In this document: one piece after another, positions 1 to 9,388 of the stretch | Layout: each line of letters opens with the position of its first letter | How positions within the stretch are numbered: the first letter of the stretch is position 1 | Source: Rhodoglobus sp. | Lineage (GTDB): Bacteria > Actinomycetota > Actinomycetes > Actinomycetales > Microbacteriaceae | NCBI GenBank assembly: GCA_025463515.1 | Contig: JAODAQ010000053.1 | Location: 62,735 to 126,734 of the forward strand | Reading direction: 5' to 3' | Length of the DNA: 64,000 nt | Program-made: the position numbers and the translations under genes | Notes under the pieces: model-generated | The model's input: only the letters and a program-made list of their open reading frames with translations | What the model was told of the DNA's origin: nothing | The model's database searches: none

Positions 1-332
1 TGCGCCTGCGCATGCTCGGCAAGCAGGCCATCGCGGTGCAGGAGTCATGGATCCCCTACCTGCTCGTTCCCGGCCTTGCTCGCGACGGGCTCACCGAGGG
101 CTCGCTCTACAAGACGCTGCAGGAGCGCGCGGGCGTCGAGATCCGCTGGGCCGAGCAGGCGGTCACGGCTGCCCCCGCGGTCGGAGACATCGCCGAGCTA
201 CTGAGGCTGCCCGAGGGCAGCCCGGTGATCAGCATCCGGCGCGTGTCCTTCTCGGCGGGCAACGACCCCATCGAGGTCGCGCAGAGCCACACACTGCCCA
301 GCCTGCCCCTCATCGTCCGGCTCGACCGCTGA
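1..332 (+). CDS. GntR/HutC-family regulator, C-terminal UTRA effector domain (5' end outside window)
   Basis: ORF 12..332 is open to the window edge. The sequence (AVQESWIPY...GDIAELLRLPEGSPVISIRRVS...) resembles UTRA domains of HutC-type GntR regulators. Confidence 0.6.
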   Translation, partial: RLRMLGKQAIAVQESWIPYLLVPGLARDGLTEGSLYKTLQERAGVEIRWAEQAVTAAPAVGDIAELLRLPEGSPVISIRRVSFSAGNDPIEVAQSHTLPSLPLIVRLDR

Positions 333-338
333 GCACGG

Positions 339-1070
339 TCAGTCGACGAGGGTGAGGCCCCCGTCGACGACGAGGATCTCGCCCGTCACGTAGGACGCCC
401 CGAGTAGGAGGGCGACAGCGTTCGCCACGTCCACGGGTGTGGCCACGCGGCGCAGCGGGGCGATGCGCGCCACCTCTTCGCGCCGCTCGCCGTAGCCGGC
501 CGTCCACTGGGTGTCGACGAATCCGGGCGCGACCGCGTTGACCCGGATGCCGCGCGGGCCGAGGGCCCGCGCGAGAGTGCGGGTGAGCTGGTTGAGCGCG
601 GCCTTCGAGACCGAGTAGGGCAAGGAGCTGCCCGCGACCCGGATCCCGGCTGACGAGGAGACGCTGACGACCACCCCGTCTCCGGATGCCTCGAGGAGGG
701 CAGCACTCGCCTTCACCACGTTCCACGCGCCGATGACGTTGACATCGAGGATCCGGTGCCAGTCCTCGACAGTGATGCCGTCGAGGTCGGCGTGGTCCAC
801 GAACTTCGTGTAGCCCGCGCTGTTGACCACGATGTCGAGGCGGCCGTACCGCGCATCGATCTCGGCGATCATGCGGATCACGTCGGCCTCGTCGGCGACG
901 TCGCCCGCGATGTGCAGCGGACTCGTGCCATCGGCGAGCACGAGCGGCGACTCCGGCGCGTTGCGCGAGTTGACCACGACCGTGATGCCGTCGGCGGCCA
1001 GCCGTTCGGCGATGCCGCGGCCGATGCCCGAGCTCGCTCCTGTGATCAGTGCGACGCGCGTGCCGGTCAT
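339..1070 (-). CDS. SDR-family oxidoreductase
   Basis: 243 aa. N-terminal TGASSGIG Rossmann motif and a YSVSK catalytic motif. ATGA overlap with the upstream MaoC gene. Confidence 0.85.
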   Translation of the reverse strand: MTGTRVALITGASSGIGRGIAERLAADGITVVVNSRNAPESPLVLADGTSPLHIAGDVADEADVIRMIAEIDARYGRLDIVVNSAGYTKFVDHADLDGITVEDWHRILDVNVIGAWNVVKASAALLEASGDGVVVSVSSSAGIRVAGSSLPYSVSKAALNQLTRTLARALGPRGIRVNAVAPGFVDTQWTAGYGERREEVARIAPLRRVATPVDVANAVALLLGASYVTGEILVVDGGLTLVD

Positions 1071-1546
1071 CTGGCTTCTCCCTGGATCGGGCGGAACAGC
1101 GTGACGCTCTCCGCGACGCAGCTCGGGCGATCGGCGCCGTCCGCCGTGATGGTCATGCTCGCGCGCATCATCACGCGGTCCTCCTCCGGTCGGACGTCGA
1201 CGATAGTCACCGTGGCGCGCAGCGAGGAGCCCGCCGTCACCGGCGCAGGGAACCGCACGCGGTCGAGGCCGTAGTTCACGGCCATCTCGGCGCCGCTGAC
1301 GACCACCAGTTCATCCATGAAGTGGGAGAGCAGGGAGAGGGTCAGGAAGCCGTGTGCGATCGTGCCGCCGAACGCCGAGTCCTTCGCCCTGACGGGGTCG
1401 ACGTGGATCCACTGCCGGTCCTCGGTCGCCTCGGCGAAGGCGTCGATCCTGGCCTGGCTGACCAGTACGGGCTCGCTGGGCCCGACCGAGTCCCCGATGC
1501 GGGAGGCGAGGGTCGCGAGCGGCCACGGCTCAGCGAATGTAGCCAT
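1067..1546 (-). CDS. MaoC-like (R)-hydratase/dehydratase
   Basis: 159 aa. Hot-dog fold signature DRQWIHVDPVRAKDSAFGGTIAHGFLTLSL. Confidence 0.85.
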   Translation of the reverse strand: MATFAEPWPLATLASRIGDSVGPSEPVLVSQARIDAFAEATEDRQWIHVDPVRAKDSAFGGTIAHGFLTLSLLSHFMDELVVVSGAEMAVNYGLDRVRFPAPVTAGSSLRATVTIVDVRPEEDRVMMRASMTITADGADRPSCVAESVTLFRPIQGEAR

Positions 1547-2321
1547 TCGCGAGCCACCCTCCGTCGATGGAGAGCGTCGCGCCCGTGACGAAGGCCGAGA
1601 GCGGGCTGAGCAGGAACAGCACAGCCCCGACGACGTCGTCGGGCTGGCCGAACCGGCGAAGGGGGGTGCGCCCCTCGATGAGCTCCCGCGAGATGACGCC
1701 GCGCTCCAGGAGGTCGCGGGTGAGATCCGTCTCGATGTAACCGGGAGCGATGGCGTTCACCCGGATGCCGAGCGGCCCCCATTCGACGGCGAGGGCGCGC
1801 GTTATCCCGAGCACAGCTGTCTTGGACGCGACGTACGCCGCCCGCTCGGGCTGGCCGATGAAGGAGGAGAGCGAGGCGGTGTTGACGATCGCGCCGCCCT
1901 CCGTCATGAGGGCTGCGGCGGCCTGGGAGCAGGCGAACAGGCCGGCGACATTGACCGCGAGGATGCGCTGGAGGTCCGCGATGTCGTAGTCGATACTCGG
2001 GCCGACCTTCGTGATGCCCGCGTTGTTCACAAGCCCGTCGATGCGGCCGTACACCGACTGGATGTCTGCGAACACCCGCTTCACGTCCTCGGGGTCGGCG
2101 ATGTCGCCCGCGAAGGTGCGGATGTCGGATCCGGCTTCGGCCGCGGCGGTCTGGATGCCTCCGAGCCGGTCGGCGTCGCGGGCGATGATCGCGACCCGCC
2201 CGCCTGCGGCGACGATGCCGTGCACCATCGAGATGCCCATCCCGCGGCTCCCGCCCGTGACGACGATCACCTTGCCGCCGAGGTCGATGTTCGTGGATCC
2301 GGGAGCCCAGGGCTGGGTCAT
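1530..2321 (-). CDS. SDR-family oxidoreductase
   Basis: The track ORF 1530..2618 has an Arg/Pro-rich artefactual N-terminus. The real start is ATG at 2321 (MTQPW...VIVVTGGSRGMG), which forms an ATGA overlap with the upstream gene stop at 2318. YVASK motif present. Confidence 0.85.
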   Translation of the reverse strand: MTQPWAPGSTNIDLGGKVIVVTGGSRGMGISMVHGIVAAGGRVAIIARDADRLGGIQTAAAEAGSDIRTFAGDIADPEDVKRVFADIQSVYGRIDGLVNNAGITKVGPSIDYDIADLQRILAVNVAGLFACSQAAAALMTEGGAIVNTASLSSFIGQPERAAYVASKTAVLGITRALAVEWGPLGIRVNAIAPGYIETDLTRDLLERGVISRELIEGRTPLRRFGQPDDVVGAVLFLLSPLSAFVTGATLSIDGGWLANGYIR

Positions 2322-3028
2322 TTCGTTTCTCCTTGCTGCGAGGTCGATCGGTAGATGAGCCGGGCGATGCCGACGGCGTCGAGGTAGGCCCAGTGGTCGG
2401 CCTGGGCGCCTGGGGTTGGAGCATCCGGGTCGGCGGTGTAGCGGCCCGGGTAGGCGAGGGGATGCGATCCGTAGGGTGCGTGGACCACCGAGCCCACTGC
2501 GGGCGGTGCGGCGACGAGGTCGCGGGGTGACTCGGCGATCGCCAGGGTGCTGACGAGTTGCTCGACCGAGGCGATCACGGTGACGCCCGCTGCCACCAGG
2601 TCGCTGTCGTTGCGCCACGTGGCCGGGTCGGCCGACAGCAGGACGTTGCCCTCCTCGTCAGCCGCGTCTGCATGCACGAGGACGACGTCGGGCCGCACTG
2701 AGGCGATCGCGTCGTACACCTGCCCGGAGACCGGCGAAACGACGCTCGTCGTGCCGGTGCTCGTGGAGGGCCGGGGGAGGAAGTCCACGCCCAGCGCTGC
2801 CGCCTGGAACGCCTGCGGGGGCACGACGGTGAGCGGCTCGCAGCCGATGAGGGAGGCTTCCGGACCGTCGGCCCAGCCGATCAGGCGGACGTCGGTGCGG
2901 CCCTGCCGAGCGAGTTCGCGGACGAGCGCCAGAGGGCGGCGCGCGCCGCCGGCGCCCGCGATGCCCACGACGGCGCCCTTCGGGATCGAGGCGACAGCCT
3001 CGGCGATAGTCCGGATGAGCGGGCTCAT
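2318..3028 (-). CDS. CoA-transferase-like subunit (short, A-type)
   Basis: 236 aa. Its N-terminus (IAEAVASIPKGAVVGIAGAGG) resembles family I CoA-transferase alpha subunits. GGGAGG Shine-Dalgarno (SD) site upstream; ATGA overlaps at both ends. Confidence 0.6.
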   Translation of the reverse strand: MSPLIRTIAEAVASIPKGAVVGIAGAGGARRPLALVRELARQGRTDVRLIGWADGPEASLIGCEPLTVVPPQAFQAAALGVDFLPRPSTSTGTTSVVSPVSGQVYDAIASVRPDVVLVHADAADEEGNVLLSADPATWRNDSDLVAAGVTVIASVEQLVSTLAIAESPRDLVAAPPAVGSVVHAPYGSHPLAYPGRYTADPDAPTPGAQADHWAYLDAVGIARLIYRSTSQQGETK

Positions 3029-3807
3029 TGGGGGCCTCCCTTCAGGTACACGCCGTTGGGGTCGATCACTGTTCGCAGCAAGTGCAGCTCGTGCTCACTC
3101 GGCGGCGGAGTGGTGGGGAGGTCGTCCGGGCGGTCGATGTCGAAGCCCGTTGCGGCCTCGACATCCGCCCAGGTGATCCCCTCGTGGAGCGACGTCGCGT
3201 TCATGCGCTTGGTCGTCGCGTCGAAGCCGAACACCCCGAGGTCGGTGACGACGCCGATCGGCCCGCGGCCGTGCAATCCGGCTGCCTCGCGCGCTCCGGG
3301 ACCCGTGAGGTACCCGGGGGTGGTCAGGTGGTCGACCCGCTCGACGAAGGTCCGCCGGGTGTGCCTGACGACGATCAGGAACTCCTTGGCGGCGCTCGCG
3401 ATGTCGTTCGCGCCGCCGCTGCCGCCGAGCCGGGTAGCGGGGCGGGAGTAGCCCTCTCCGCCGACCGCGGTCGAGTTGATGTTGCCGAACCTGTCGACCT
3501 GCGCGCCGCCGAGCACGCCGAAGTCGACGTTGCCCCCGTGCAGCAGCAAGAGGCCGTCGAGCATGCCCGAGACCCGCCGCGCGGTGGACTGCAGGCGCGG
3601 ATCGCCAACGGCCCGCGCGATGGTGCGGGGCTCGGCGGCGAGCACGCCGGACTCGAACATGAGGGTCATGTTCGGCGCGTGGGTGGCCTTGGCCAGATAG
3701 GCCGCCACCATGGGCAGGCCCGTGCCGATGAAGGCCTTCCAGCCGTCGTGGATGAATCGCCCTGTGGCGACCGTCATCATCTCGTCGCGTGTGAATTCGC
3801 CGCTCAC
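3025..3807 (-). CDS. CoA-transferase subunit B
   Basis: GTG start at 3807 (VSGEFTRDEMM...) forms a GTGA overlap with the subunit A stop. GGSGGANDIA and FESG motifs are typical of beta subunits. The long 511-aa track ORF is an artefactual extension. Confidence 0.75.
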   Translation of the reverse strand: MSGEFTRDEMMTVATGRFIHDGWKAFIGTGLPMVAAYLAKATHAPNMTLMFESGVLAAEPRTIARAVGDPRLQSTARRVSGMLDGLLLLHGGNVDFGVLGGAQVDRFGNINSTAVGGEGYSRPATRLGGSGGANDIASAAKEFLIVVRHTRRTFVERVDHLTTPGYLTGPGAREAAGLHGRGPIGVVTDLGVFGFDATTKRMNATSLHEGITWADVEAATGFDIDRPDDLPTTPPPSEHELHLLRTVIDPNGVYLKGGPQ

Positions 3808-4739
3808 CACTCGCCCCGTCCTCGCGCCAGCATGTGGACCGGGTCCACGACCGCTTCCAGCAGGCGCTGGCTGCCGATCCGGTCGAGGTACTCGGCGTGG
3901 TCGGCGAGCCCGAAAATCCACTCGGCGAGGTAGGCGGCGACGGCCTCCTCCGAGCGTGATGCCTCGTAGTAGTGGTCCATGAGCTCCATGTCCTCGTCGT
4001 AGAGGCCGTACATGCCGCCCGGATAGGCGCCGTAGGGAGAGTGGACGACCTGGTCCACGAGGATGCCGGGCACCGTCACGAGCTGGTTGTTCCGCACGAT
4101 CTCCTCGGGCTCGACGATCCGCTCCGCCGTGACGATCACTCGCTTGGCGGCGCGGACCTGCGCATCGACGACCGAGATCTGGCCGCGGATGATGCCGTTG
4201 CCCTGGTTGTCGGACTCGCTCACATGGACGACGGCGACATCGGGGGAGAGAGGGGACAGCACGCCGACCTGCTCGTCCGAGAACGGGCTCGCGATCCGGC
4301 GGAACTTCGGCGCCGGGCCGGTCTGGATGTGCTCCAAGTCGCTGCCCGCCATCGTCCGGATCGGCATGAACGGCATGTCCCAGCCCGCCGCGAGCAGCCG
4401 CAGGGACAGGCCGAGGTGGCTGTGGTCGTCGGTTGTGATCCAGCCGTTCTCGACCGCACGGCAGATTGCGCGCACGCGTCCCAGGCCCTCGAACATGAGG
4501 TTGGACAGGTTGATGTGGTTCACCCGCCCGGCGGCGGTCAGCAGTTCCGCAGGCCAGCACTCCGCTACCGCGTGGAGCGTGAACCCGCCCTTTCCCTGCC
4601 TCAGCAGCTCGCGGACGAACGAGAGCGGGTGGCCGAAGTGGCCGAAGCCGCCGAACGAGAGCGACGCGCCCTCGGGCACGGTCGCCGCGGCATCCGCCAT
4701 GCTGACGATCTTGCTCGTGCCCGTCGAGTACGGGCTCAT
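3804..4739 (-). CDS. CoA-transferase subunit A
   Basis: ATG at 4739 (MSPYSTGTSKIVSMADAAATVPEGASLSFGGFG...) forms an ATGA overlap with the upstream SDR stop at 4736. Confidence 0.75.
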   Translation of the reverse strand: MSPYSTGTSKIVSMADAAATVPEGASLSFGGFGHFGHPLSFVRELLRQGKGGFTLHAVAECWPAELLTAAGRVNHINLSNLMFEGLGRVRAICRAVENGWITTDDHSHLGLSLRLLAAGWDMPFMPIRTMAGSDLEHIQTGPAPKFRRIASPFSDEQVGVLSPLSPDVAVVHVSESDNQGNGIIRGQISVVDAQVRAAKRVIVTAERIVEPEEIVRNNQLVTVPGILVDQVVHSPYGAYPGGMYGLYDEDMELMDHYYEASRSEEAVAAYLAEWIFGLADHAEYLDRIGSQRLLEAVVDPVHMLARGRGEW

Positions 4740-5506
4740 TGCGCTGTCAGCCCGCCGTCGATCGCGAGGTCGACGCCCGTCACGAAGGACGCCTCGTCGG
4801 AGAGGAGGTAGCGGACCGCGTACGCGATGTCGATGGGCTGGCCGAGCCGCCCCATCGGCACCTGCGCGGTGAGCCGCGCCTCGAGTGCGGCGGTCGCCGT
4901 CGGGTCGGCCTTGGGGCCGACGACCATGGCCATGCGCGCCTGCATCGGCCCCGGGTGCACCGAGTTGGCCCGGATGCCGCGAGCCGCGTACTCCGTTGCG
5001 ACCGACTTGGTGAGCAGCCGGACGCCGCCCTTGGTCGCCTGGTACGCGGTGCCTCCGCCCCGGCCCACGAGTCCGTCGACAGAGCCGATGTTCACGATGG
5101 AGCCCTTGCCCGCCTCGAGCATCGCGGGGATGACGGCGCGGACGCCGTACCACGCGCCCGTCAGGTTGATGTGCAGCGTCCGCTCCCAGATCTCGTCCTC
5201 GGTCTCGACGGCGCCGGCGCGGCTCAGTACCGCCGCATAGTTGACGAGCCCGTCGAGGCCGCCGAACTCGCGCTTCGCGGTAGCCACGAGCTCGTCCCAC
5301 GACTCCCTCGAGCCGACGTCGGCGGCAAGGCCGATTGCCGCTCCGCCCGCAGCGGCGACCTCGGCGGCGGCTGATGCCGCAGCCTCGGCCGAGGCATCCG
5401 CGATGATCACCTGGGCGCCGTGCTGGGCGAACAGTGCCGCACCGACGCGCCCCTGCGCGCCGCCGCCGCCTGCGACGATGATTCTCTTGCCTTCCAAGCT
5501 GTTCAT
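4736..5506 (-). CDS. SDR-family oxidoreductase
   Basis: 256 aa. Glycine-rich NAD site (VAGGGGAQG) and YQATK catalytic motif. Confidence 0.85.
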   Translation of the reverse strand: MNSLEGKRIIVAGGGGAQGRVGAALFAQHGAQVIIADASAEAAASAAAEVAAAGGAAIGLAADVGSRESWDELVATAKREFGGLDGLVNYAAVLSRAGAVETEDEIWERTLHINLTGAWYGVRAVIPAMLEAGKGSIVNIGSVDGLVGRGGGTAYQATKGGVRLLTKSVATEYAARGIRANSVHPGPMQARMAMVVGPKADPTATAALEARLTAQVPMGRLGQPIDIAYAVRYLLSDEASFVTGVDLAIDGGLTAQ

Positions 5507-5530
5507 GGTTCCTTCCGGAGGTTGGGTGGA

Positions 5531-6559
5531 TCAGAGGGTGATAACGCCGTGACGCCAGGACGAGCGGATGGCATCCATGAGCTCGGCGTTGCCGATTGAG
5601 TCCTCCAGGGTGATCAGAGGCTCGTCGTTGTCGAGCAGTACACGCGAGATGCTGGCCACCTCGAGCTCGAACTGGTCCTCGAAGGGGAGCCTCTCCACGG
5701 TCATGCCGCCCGGCTGGTCGAGCCGCTGGATGATGACATCACCCCAGTCGCTGCTCGTGCGGAAGGCGTTGGGGAGGCGCACGCGACCGCGGTCGCCCGT
5801 CAGGTCGACCACCGCGCCGCCCGGTACGTCCATCGCGCAGTAGAACTGGCCGAGCACGCCGTTGTCGAACAGCACCTCGCCGGAGAATCGCATGTCCACG
5901 CCGCTGTGCTCGCTCAGCAGTCGGCTGCTCACCGACACCGCTTTGCCGCCGGCGTAGGCCCGCAGACCGCTGATCGTGTACGAGCCGATGTCGCCGAGCG
6001 CGCCGCCGCCGAGGTCCGGATTGAGACGGATGTCGCCGGCCGCAGCCGCACGGTCGCCGGCGTAGTTCGCCCACAGGTCGTAGGTGTACGCGACGCGCAC
6101 GAGCCGCAGCGGGCCCAGTTCTTCCCGCGCGAGCTGCTGGACGTGGGCCACCCTCGGGTGGTACCGCCACATGAAGCCCTCGATGAGGAGGCGGTCCGCT
6201 GCCACCGCGGCATCCGCCATGGCGCGGACGTCCGCGGCGGAGAGCGCCATGGGCTTCTCGCACAGCACGTGCTTTCCCGCCTCGAGCGCCTTGATCGTCC
6301 ACTCGCGGTGAAGGGAGTTGGGGAGCGGGTTGTAGACGATGTCGACCGCGGGATCGGCGAGGAGGTCCTCGTAGCTTCCGTGCGCGTTCTCGGCACCGAG
6401 GAGGTCGGCCTGTCGCCGGGCGGCAGCGAGGTCGCGGCTCGAGGTGGCGACGAGCACGTTGCGGGGGTCGGACTCGATCGCGGGCGCGAGGCCCGTCTCG
6501 GTGATCCTCCCGGATCCGAGGATGCCCCATCGGATCTGCTCGCCGGGTACCTGGAACAA
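5531..6559 (-). CDS. Gfo/Idh/MocA-family oxidoreductase
   Basis: 342 aa. GILGSGRI Rossmann motif and EKP motif (VLCEKPMA). TTG start preceded by an AAGGAGG SD site. Confidence 0.85.
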   Translation of the reverse strand: MFQVPGEQIRWGILGSGRITETGLAPAIESDPRNVLVATSSRDLAAARRQADLLGAENAHGSYEDLLADPAVDIVYNPLPNSLHREWTIKALEAGKHVLCEKPMALSAADVRAMADAAVAADRLLIEGFMWRYHPRVAHVQQLAREELGPLRLVRVAYTYDLWANYAGDRAAAAGDIRLNPDLGGGALGDIGSYTISGLRAYAGGKAVSVSSRLLSEHSGVDMRFSGEVLFDNGVLGQFYCAMDVPGGAVVDLTGDRGRVRLPNAFRTSSDWGDVIIQRLDQPGGMTVERLPFEDQFELEVASISRVLLDNDEPLITLEDSIGNAELMDAIRSSWRHGVITL

Positions 6560-6613
6560 CGGAGCCTCCTTGCTCTGAACGTGCGCGGCCCGGTGAGGGC
6601 CGAGTCGAAAACA

Positions 6614-6629
6614 AGTATAGACATATAGT
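6614..6629. promoter_or_regulatory. Candidate GntR-type operator (GTATAGAC ATATAGTC) in a divergent promoter
   Basis: GTaTAgAC fits the generic GntR half-palindrome GT-N-TA-N-AC. It sits in the AT-richer 150-nt gap between divergent operons. Single weak match. Confidence 0.2.
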
Positions 6630-6709
6630 CCACACTCGCCTAGCGTGAATCAGGCGCTGCACAGTTGCAGCCAGCCGATAACGGCTCATTTACGACAGAG
6701 GGGTCTCGC

Positions 6710-7522
6710 ATGCCGATCACCGGTCTCACCAGGGTCCTCGCCGTGATCGGCGATCCTATCGACGGGGCGCGCGCTCCCGAGGCGCTCAGTGCCGTCATGG
6801 CCGACCTCGACCTCGATGTCGTCGTCATCCCGGTGGGGATCGGCTCAGACGGGCTGGCCGGATTCGTCAAGGCGGCGCGCTCGTGGCGCAATCTCGACGG
6901 AATCCTCGTCACCATGCCCCACAAGGCCGCGATGTGCGAGCTCGTCGACCACTTGAGTGCTCAGGCGAGGCTCACCGGAGCGGTGAACCTCGTCCGCCGG
7001 GCGCCTGACGGCGAGTTGTGGGGCGACCAGGTCGATGGCGAGGGCTTCGCGAACAGCCTTACCGCCCGCGGGTTCGCGCTCGAAGGGATGCACGTCGTGA
7101 TGCTCGGCGCCGGAGGAGTTGCACGCTCCATCGCCTTCTCCCTCGCCGCAGAGGGCATCGCATCGCTCACGATCGTCAATCGGTCTCGCGAGCGGGCGCT
7201 CGCCCTCGTGGACGACCTGGACGCGTCGTTTCCCGCCCTGAGGTCGAGCGTCGGCGACGAGTCCGCCGTCGCTACCGCCGACCTTCTCGTCAACGCGACG
7301 AGTGTGGGCTCTGTCGTGCAGCCGGGCAAGCCCCTCAACGACCTCACGCTCATCCACCCCGGCATGATCGTCGCCGATGTGGTCGCGAAGCCCATCGAGA
7401 CGGCCCTGCTGCTCGCCGCGGCTGATCGAGGAGCGACAACCCACGGCGGCGACCTCATGCAGAAGTCGCAGTTCGCATCCATCGTCGAGGTTTCGCAGGG
7501 CAGGCCCGGCGACCGCGAATGA
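6710..7522 (+). CDS. Shikimate/quinate dehydrogenase-like (AroE family)
   Basis: VTMPHK motif, GAGGVARS NAD(P) site, and an N-terminal substrate domain. Start taken at ATG 6710 (MPITGL). Confidence 0.75.
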   Translation: MPITGLTRVLAVIGDPIDGARAPEALSAVMADLDLDVVVIPVGIGSDGLAGFVKAARSWRNLDGILVTMPHKAAMCELVDHLSAQARLTGAVNLVRRAPDGELWGDQVDGEGFANSLTARGFALEGMHVVMLGAGGVARSIAFSLAAEGIASLTIVNRSRERALALVDDLDASFPALRSSVGDESAVATADLLVNATSVGSVVQPGKPLNDLTLIHPGMIVADVVAKPIETALLLAAADRGATTHGGDLMQKSQFASIVEVSQGRPGDRE

Positions 7523-7551
7523 GCACCCCGCGCACAATCGGAGGAGAACCC

Positions 7552-8364
7552 ATGCAGAAACCCGTTGCCGTCGTCACCGGCGCCGCGAGCGGGATCGGCC
7601 TCGCGCTGAGCCGCGCCCTCGTGGACGCGGGGTACCGCGTCGCCCTTGCGGATGTCCGCGCCGAGCCCCTGCGGGCGGCGCGCGACGGCATCCTCGGGGA
7701 TGTGCCGTCGGCGGAACTCCTTGATGTGGTGAGCGATGTGACGTCCGCGGAGTCGGTCGTGGCTCTCGCCGACGCCGTAGCGGGCGAATGGGGCGCGACA
7801 GACCTCGTGATCAACAACGCCGGCGTTATCGGCCCGGTGTCCACGACGTGGAGCGGGCCGCTCGAGCAGTGGCACCTCGCTGTCGACATCAACTTCTGGG
7901 GCGTGCTCCACGGGATGCGCGCCTTCCTGCCGGGCATGATCGAGCGGAATTCCGGGCGACTCGTCAATGTCGCATCCGTGGCTGCCTGGTCGTCGGCGCC
8001 GCAGATGGGCTCGTACGGAGCGACCAAGCACGCGGTCATGGCGCTCACCGAGTCCGCCTATCGCGAGCTCGCCGAGCTCGGCTCGAATGTCGCACTGTCG
8101 GTCGTGTGCCCGACCACCGTCAGGACGGGCCTCGTCAACCACCTCGAGGGGACCGCGAGCGCAGGCGAGGCGAAGCTCCTGGCTGCGCGCGAGCGCGGAC
8201 TGCAGCCCGCCGAGGTCGCGGCGCTCGTGCTCGACGGGATCGCGGCGGGGGACTACCTCATCACCACCGATCGGGCATGGCTCGTCAATGCGGCGAAGCA
8301 GCGGCTCGGGATCGCCGAGGGCGGGGAGCCGCCGCTGGACCGGGAACCGCCGCGCGCGTCCTGA
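7552..8364 (+). CDS. SDR-family oxidoreductase
   Basis: VVTGAASGIG and YGATK motifs. ATG 7552 is preceded by a GGAGGAG SD site. The alternative ATG at 7519 overlaps the aroE-like stop. Confidence 0.8.
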   Translation: MQKPVAVVTGAASGIGLALSRALVDAGYRVALADVRAEPLRAARDGILGDVPSAELLDVVSDVTSAESVVALADAVAGEWGATDLVINNAGVIGPVSTTWSGPLEQWHLAVDINFWGVLHGMRAFLPGMIERNSGRLVNVASVAAWSSAPQMGSYGATKHAVMALTESAYRELAELGSNVALSVVCPTTVRTGLVNHLEGTASAGEAKLLAARERGLQPAEVAALVLDGIAAGDYLITTDRAWLVNAAKQRLGIAEGGEPPLDREPPRAS

Positions 8365-8480
8365 TCCGCGTGGGCCGGTGGGCTCGGCTGCTGAGCTGCC
8401 GGCCCATCGCGGATGTCCTGAGTTCGGTGAATGGCGCGAATGGACTGGACTTCCAGGGGTGAGCCGACGAAGAATCCTTG

Positions 8481-8553
8481 TGGGCCCGGTGGGGCTCGAA
8501 CCCACGACCCGCGGATTAAAAGTCCGATGCTCTGCCAGCTGAGCTACAGGCCC
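8481..8553 (-). tRNA. tRNA-Lys (anticodon UUU)
   Basis: The reverse complement folds as a cloverleaf. Acceptor GGGCCUG/CGGGCCC, D arm GCUC..GAGC, anticodon loop CUUUUAA, T arm GUGGG-UUCGAGC-CCCAC, discriminator A. No encoded CCA. Confidence 0.9.
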
Positions 8554-8579
8554 TACGGATCAAGCGTACCGTTGAGTTG

Positions 8580-9209
8580 ATGGCCGACGACTTCCACAAG
8601 CCCACCCAGTACTCCGGGGACAAGTTCGACGAGTACGAGGGTGGTGAAGACCCGGCGCAAATCCTCCGGGTCGCCCACGACACCGCGCACGCCCTGGTCG
8701 ACCGGGCACGGGAGTCCGAGGATCCGGCCGTCATTGAACGCCTCGTCGCCTACACCGACGCCAACGGCATCGACGCGCTCGCCGAGCTCTGGGCGCGCTC
8801 GAGCCCGCGCAGCCTGCCGGGCGCGCTGTGGCGCATCTACCTGATCCGGGTGCTGATCCGGCAGGATGCCGCCGGCACGAGCCTGCTCTTCCAGCGCGGC
8901 CTCGACATCCTCCCGACGATCGACGCCCTCGTGGCGGGGGCGCCGATGCCGACCGGCCCCGACGAGATCACCGACCTCGCCGACCAGATCCTGCGGGGGC
9001 TGTTCCGCGGTGACTTCGCCATCGCGCTCGAGAGAGCGGCATCCTTCAGTCGAATTCTGGCGGCCGGATGCACGAGCCTCGCCGATGACGAAGAGCCCAT
9101 CAACCCCGACCGCGCGACGGAGCTGACCACCCGCGCCGACCGCCTCGCGCTCACGGCGGAGGAGTTCGCCGCCTGCGCACGGCTCTACCGCTCCGGGAAC
9201 CTGGAGTAA
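8580..9209 (+). CDS. Conserved hypothetical protein
   Basis: 209-aa ORF with GC3-rich codon usage. No motif I can name. Confidence 0.55.
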   Translation: MADDFHKPTQYSGDKFDEYEGGEDPAQILRVAHDTAHALVDRARESEDPAVIERLVAYTDANGIDALAELWARSSPRSLPGALWRIYLIRVLIRQDAAGTSLLFQRGLDILPTIDALVAGAPMPTGPDEITDLADQILRGLFRGDFAIALERAASFSRILAAGCTSLADDEEPINPDRATELTTRADRLALTAEEFAACARLYRSGNLE

Positions 9210-9388
9210 AATAGTCCAGCCGGGCCGTGGTAACCCCGGGCTCCACTAATAGCCGCTTCGAGCGGCCTTGCGCCGAGAGGCGTTCCGCGGCCCGGCACTA
9301 CAGCCCCTCTGAAGCCGGTCCAGGCCCCAGCGCCAAGCGCTCGGAGTGCGAGACCAAACCGGTGTGACCGTGGTGCCGAACCAGTCAC

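Noticed and set aside
3025-4560. Very long track ORFs (3025..4560, 3804..5300, 13834..15633, 1530..2618, 23737..25413, 60495..62339) taken at face value as 360-614-aa proteins.
   Set aside because: Their N-terminal halves are Arg/Pro-rich read-through across the upstream gene. Internal starts with SD sites or 4-nt stop/start overlaps give proteins of normal family length.
9213-9385. Identity of the structured gap as SRP RNA, 6S RNA, tmRNA or RNase P RNA.
   Set aside because: It lacks the SRP CCAGG..GGAAGG..AGCA core and tmRNA/tRNA-like ends, and it is far too short for RNase P. The 5' and 3' ends do not form the long closing helix expected for 6S RNA. It is kept only as an unclassified candidate.
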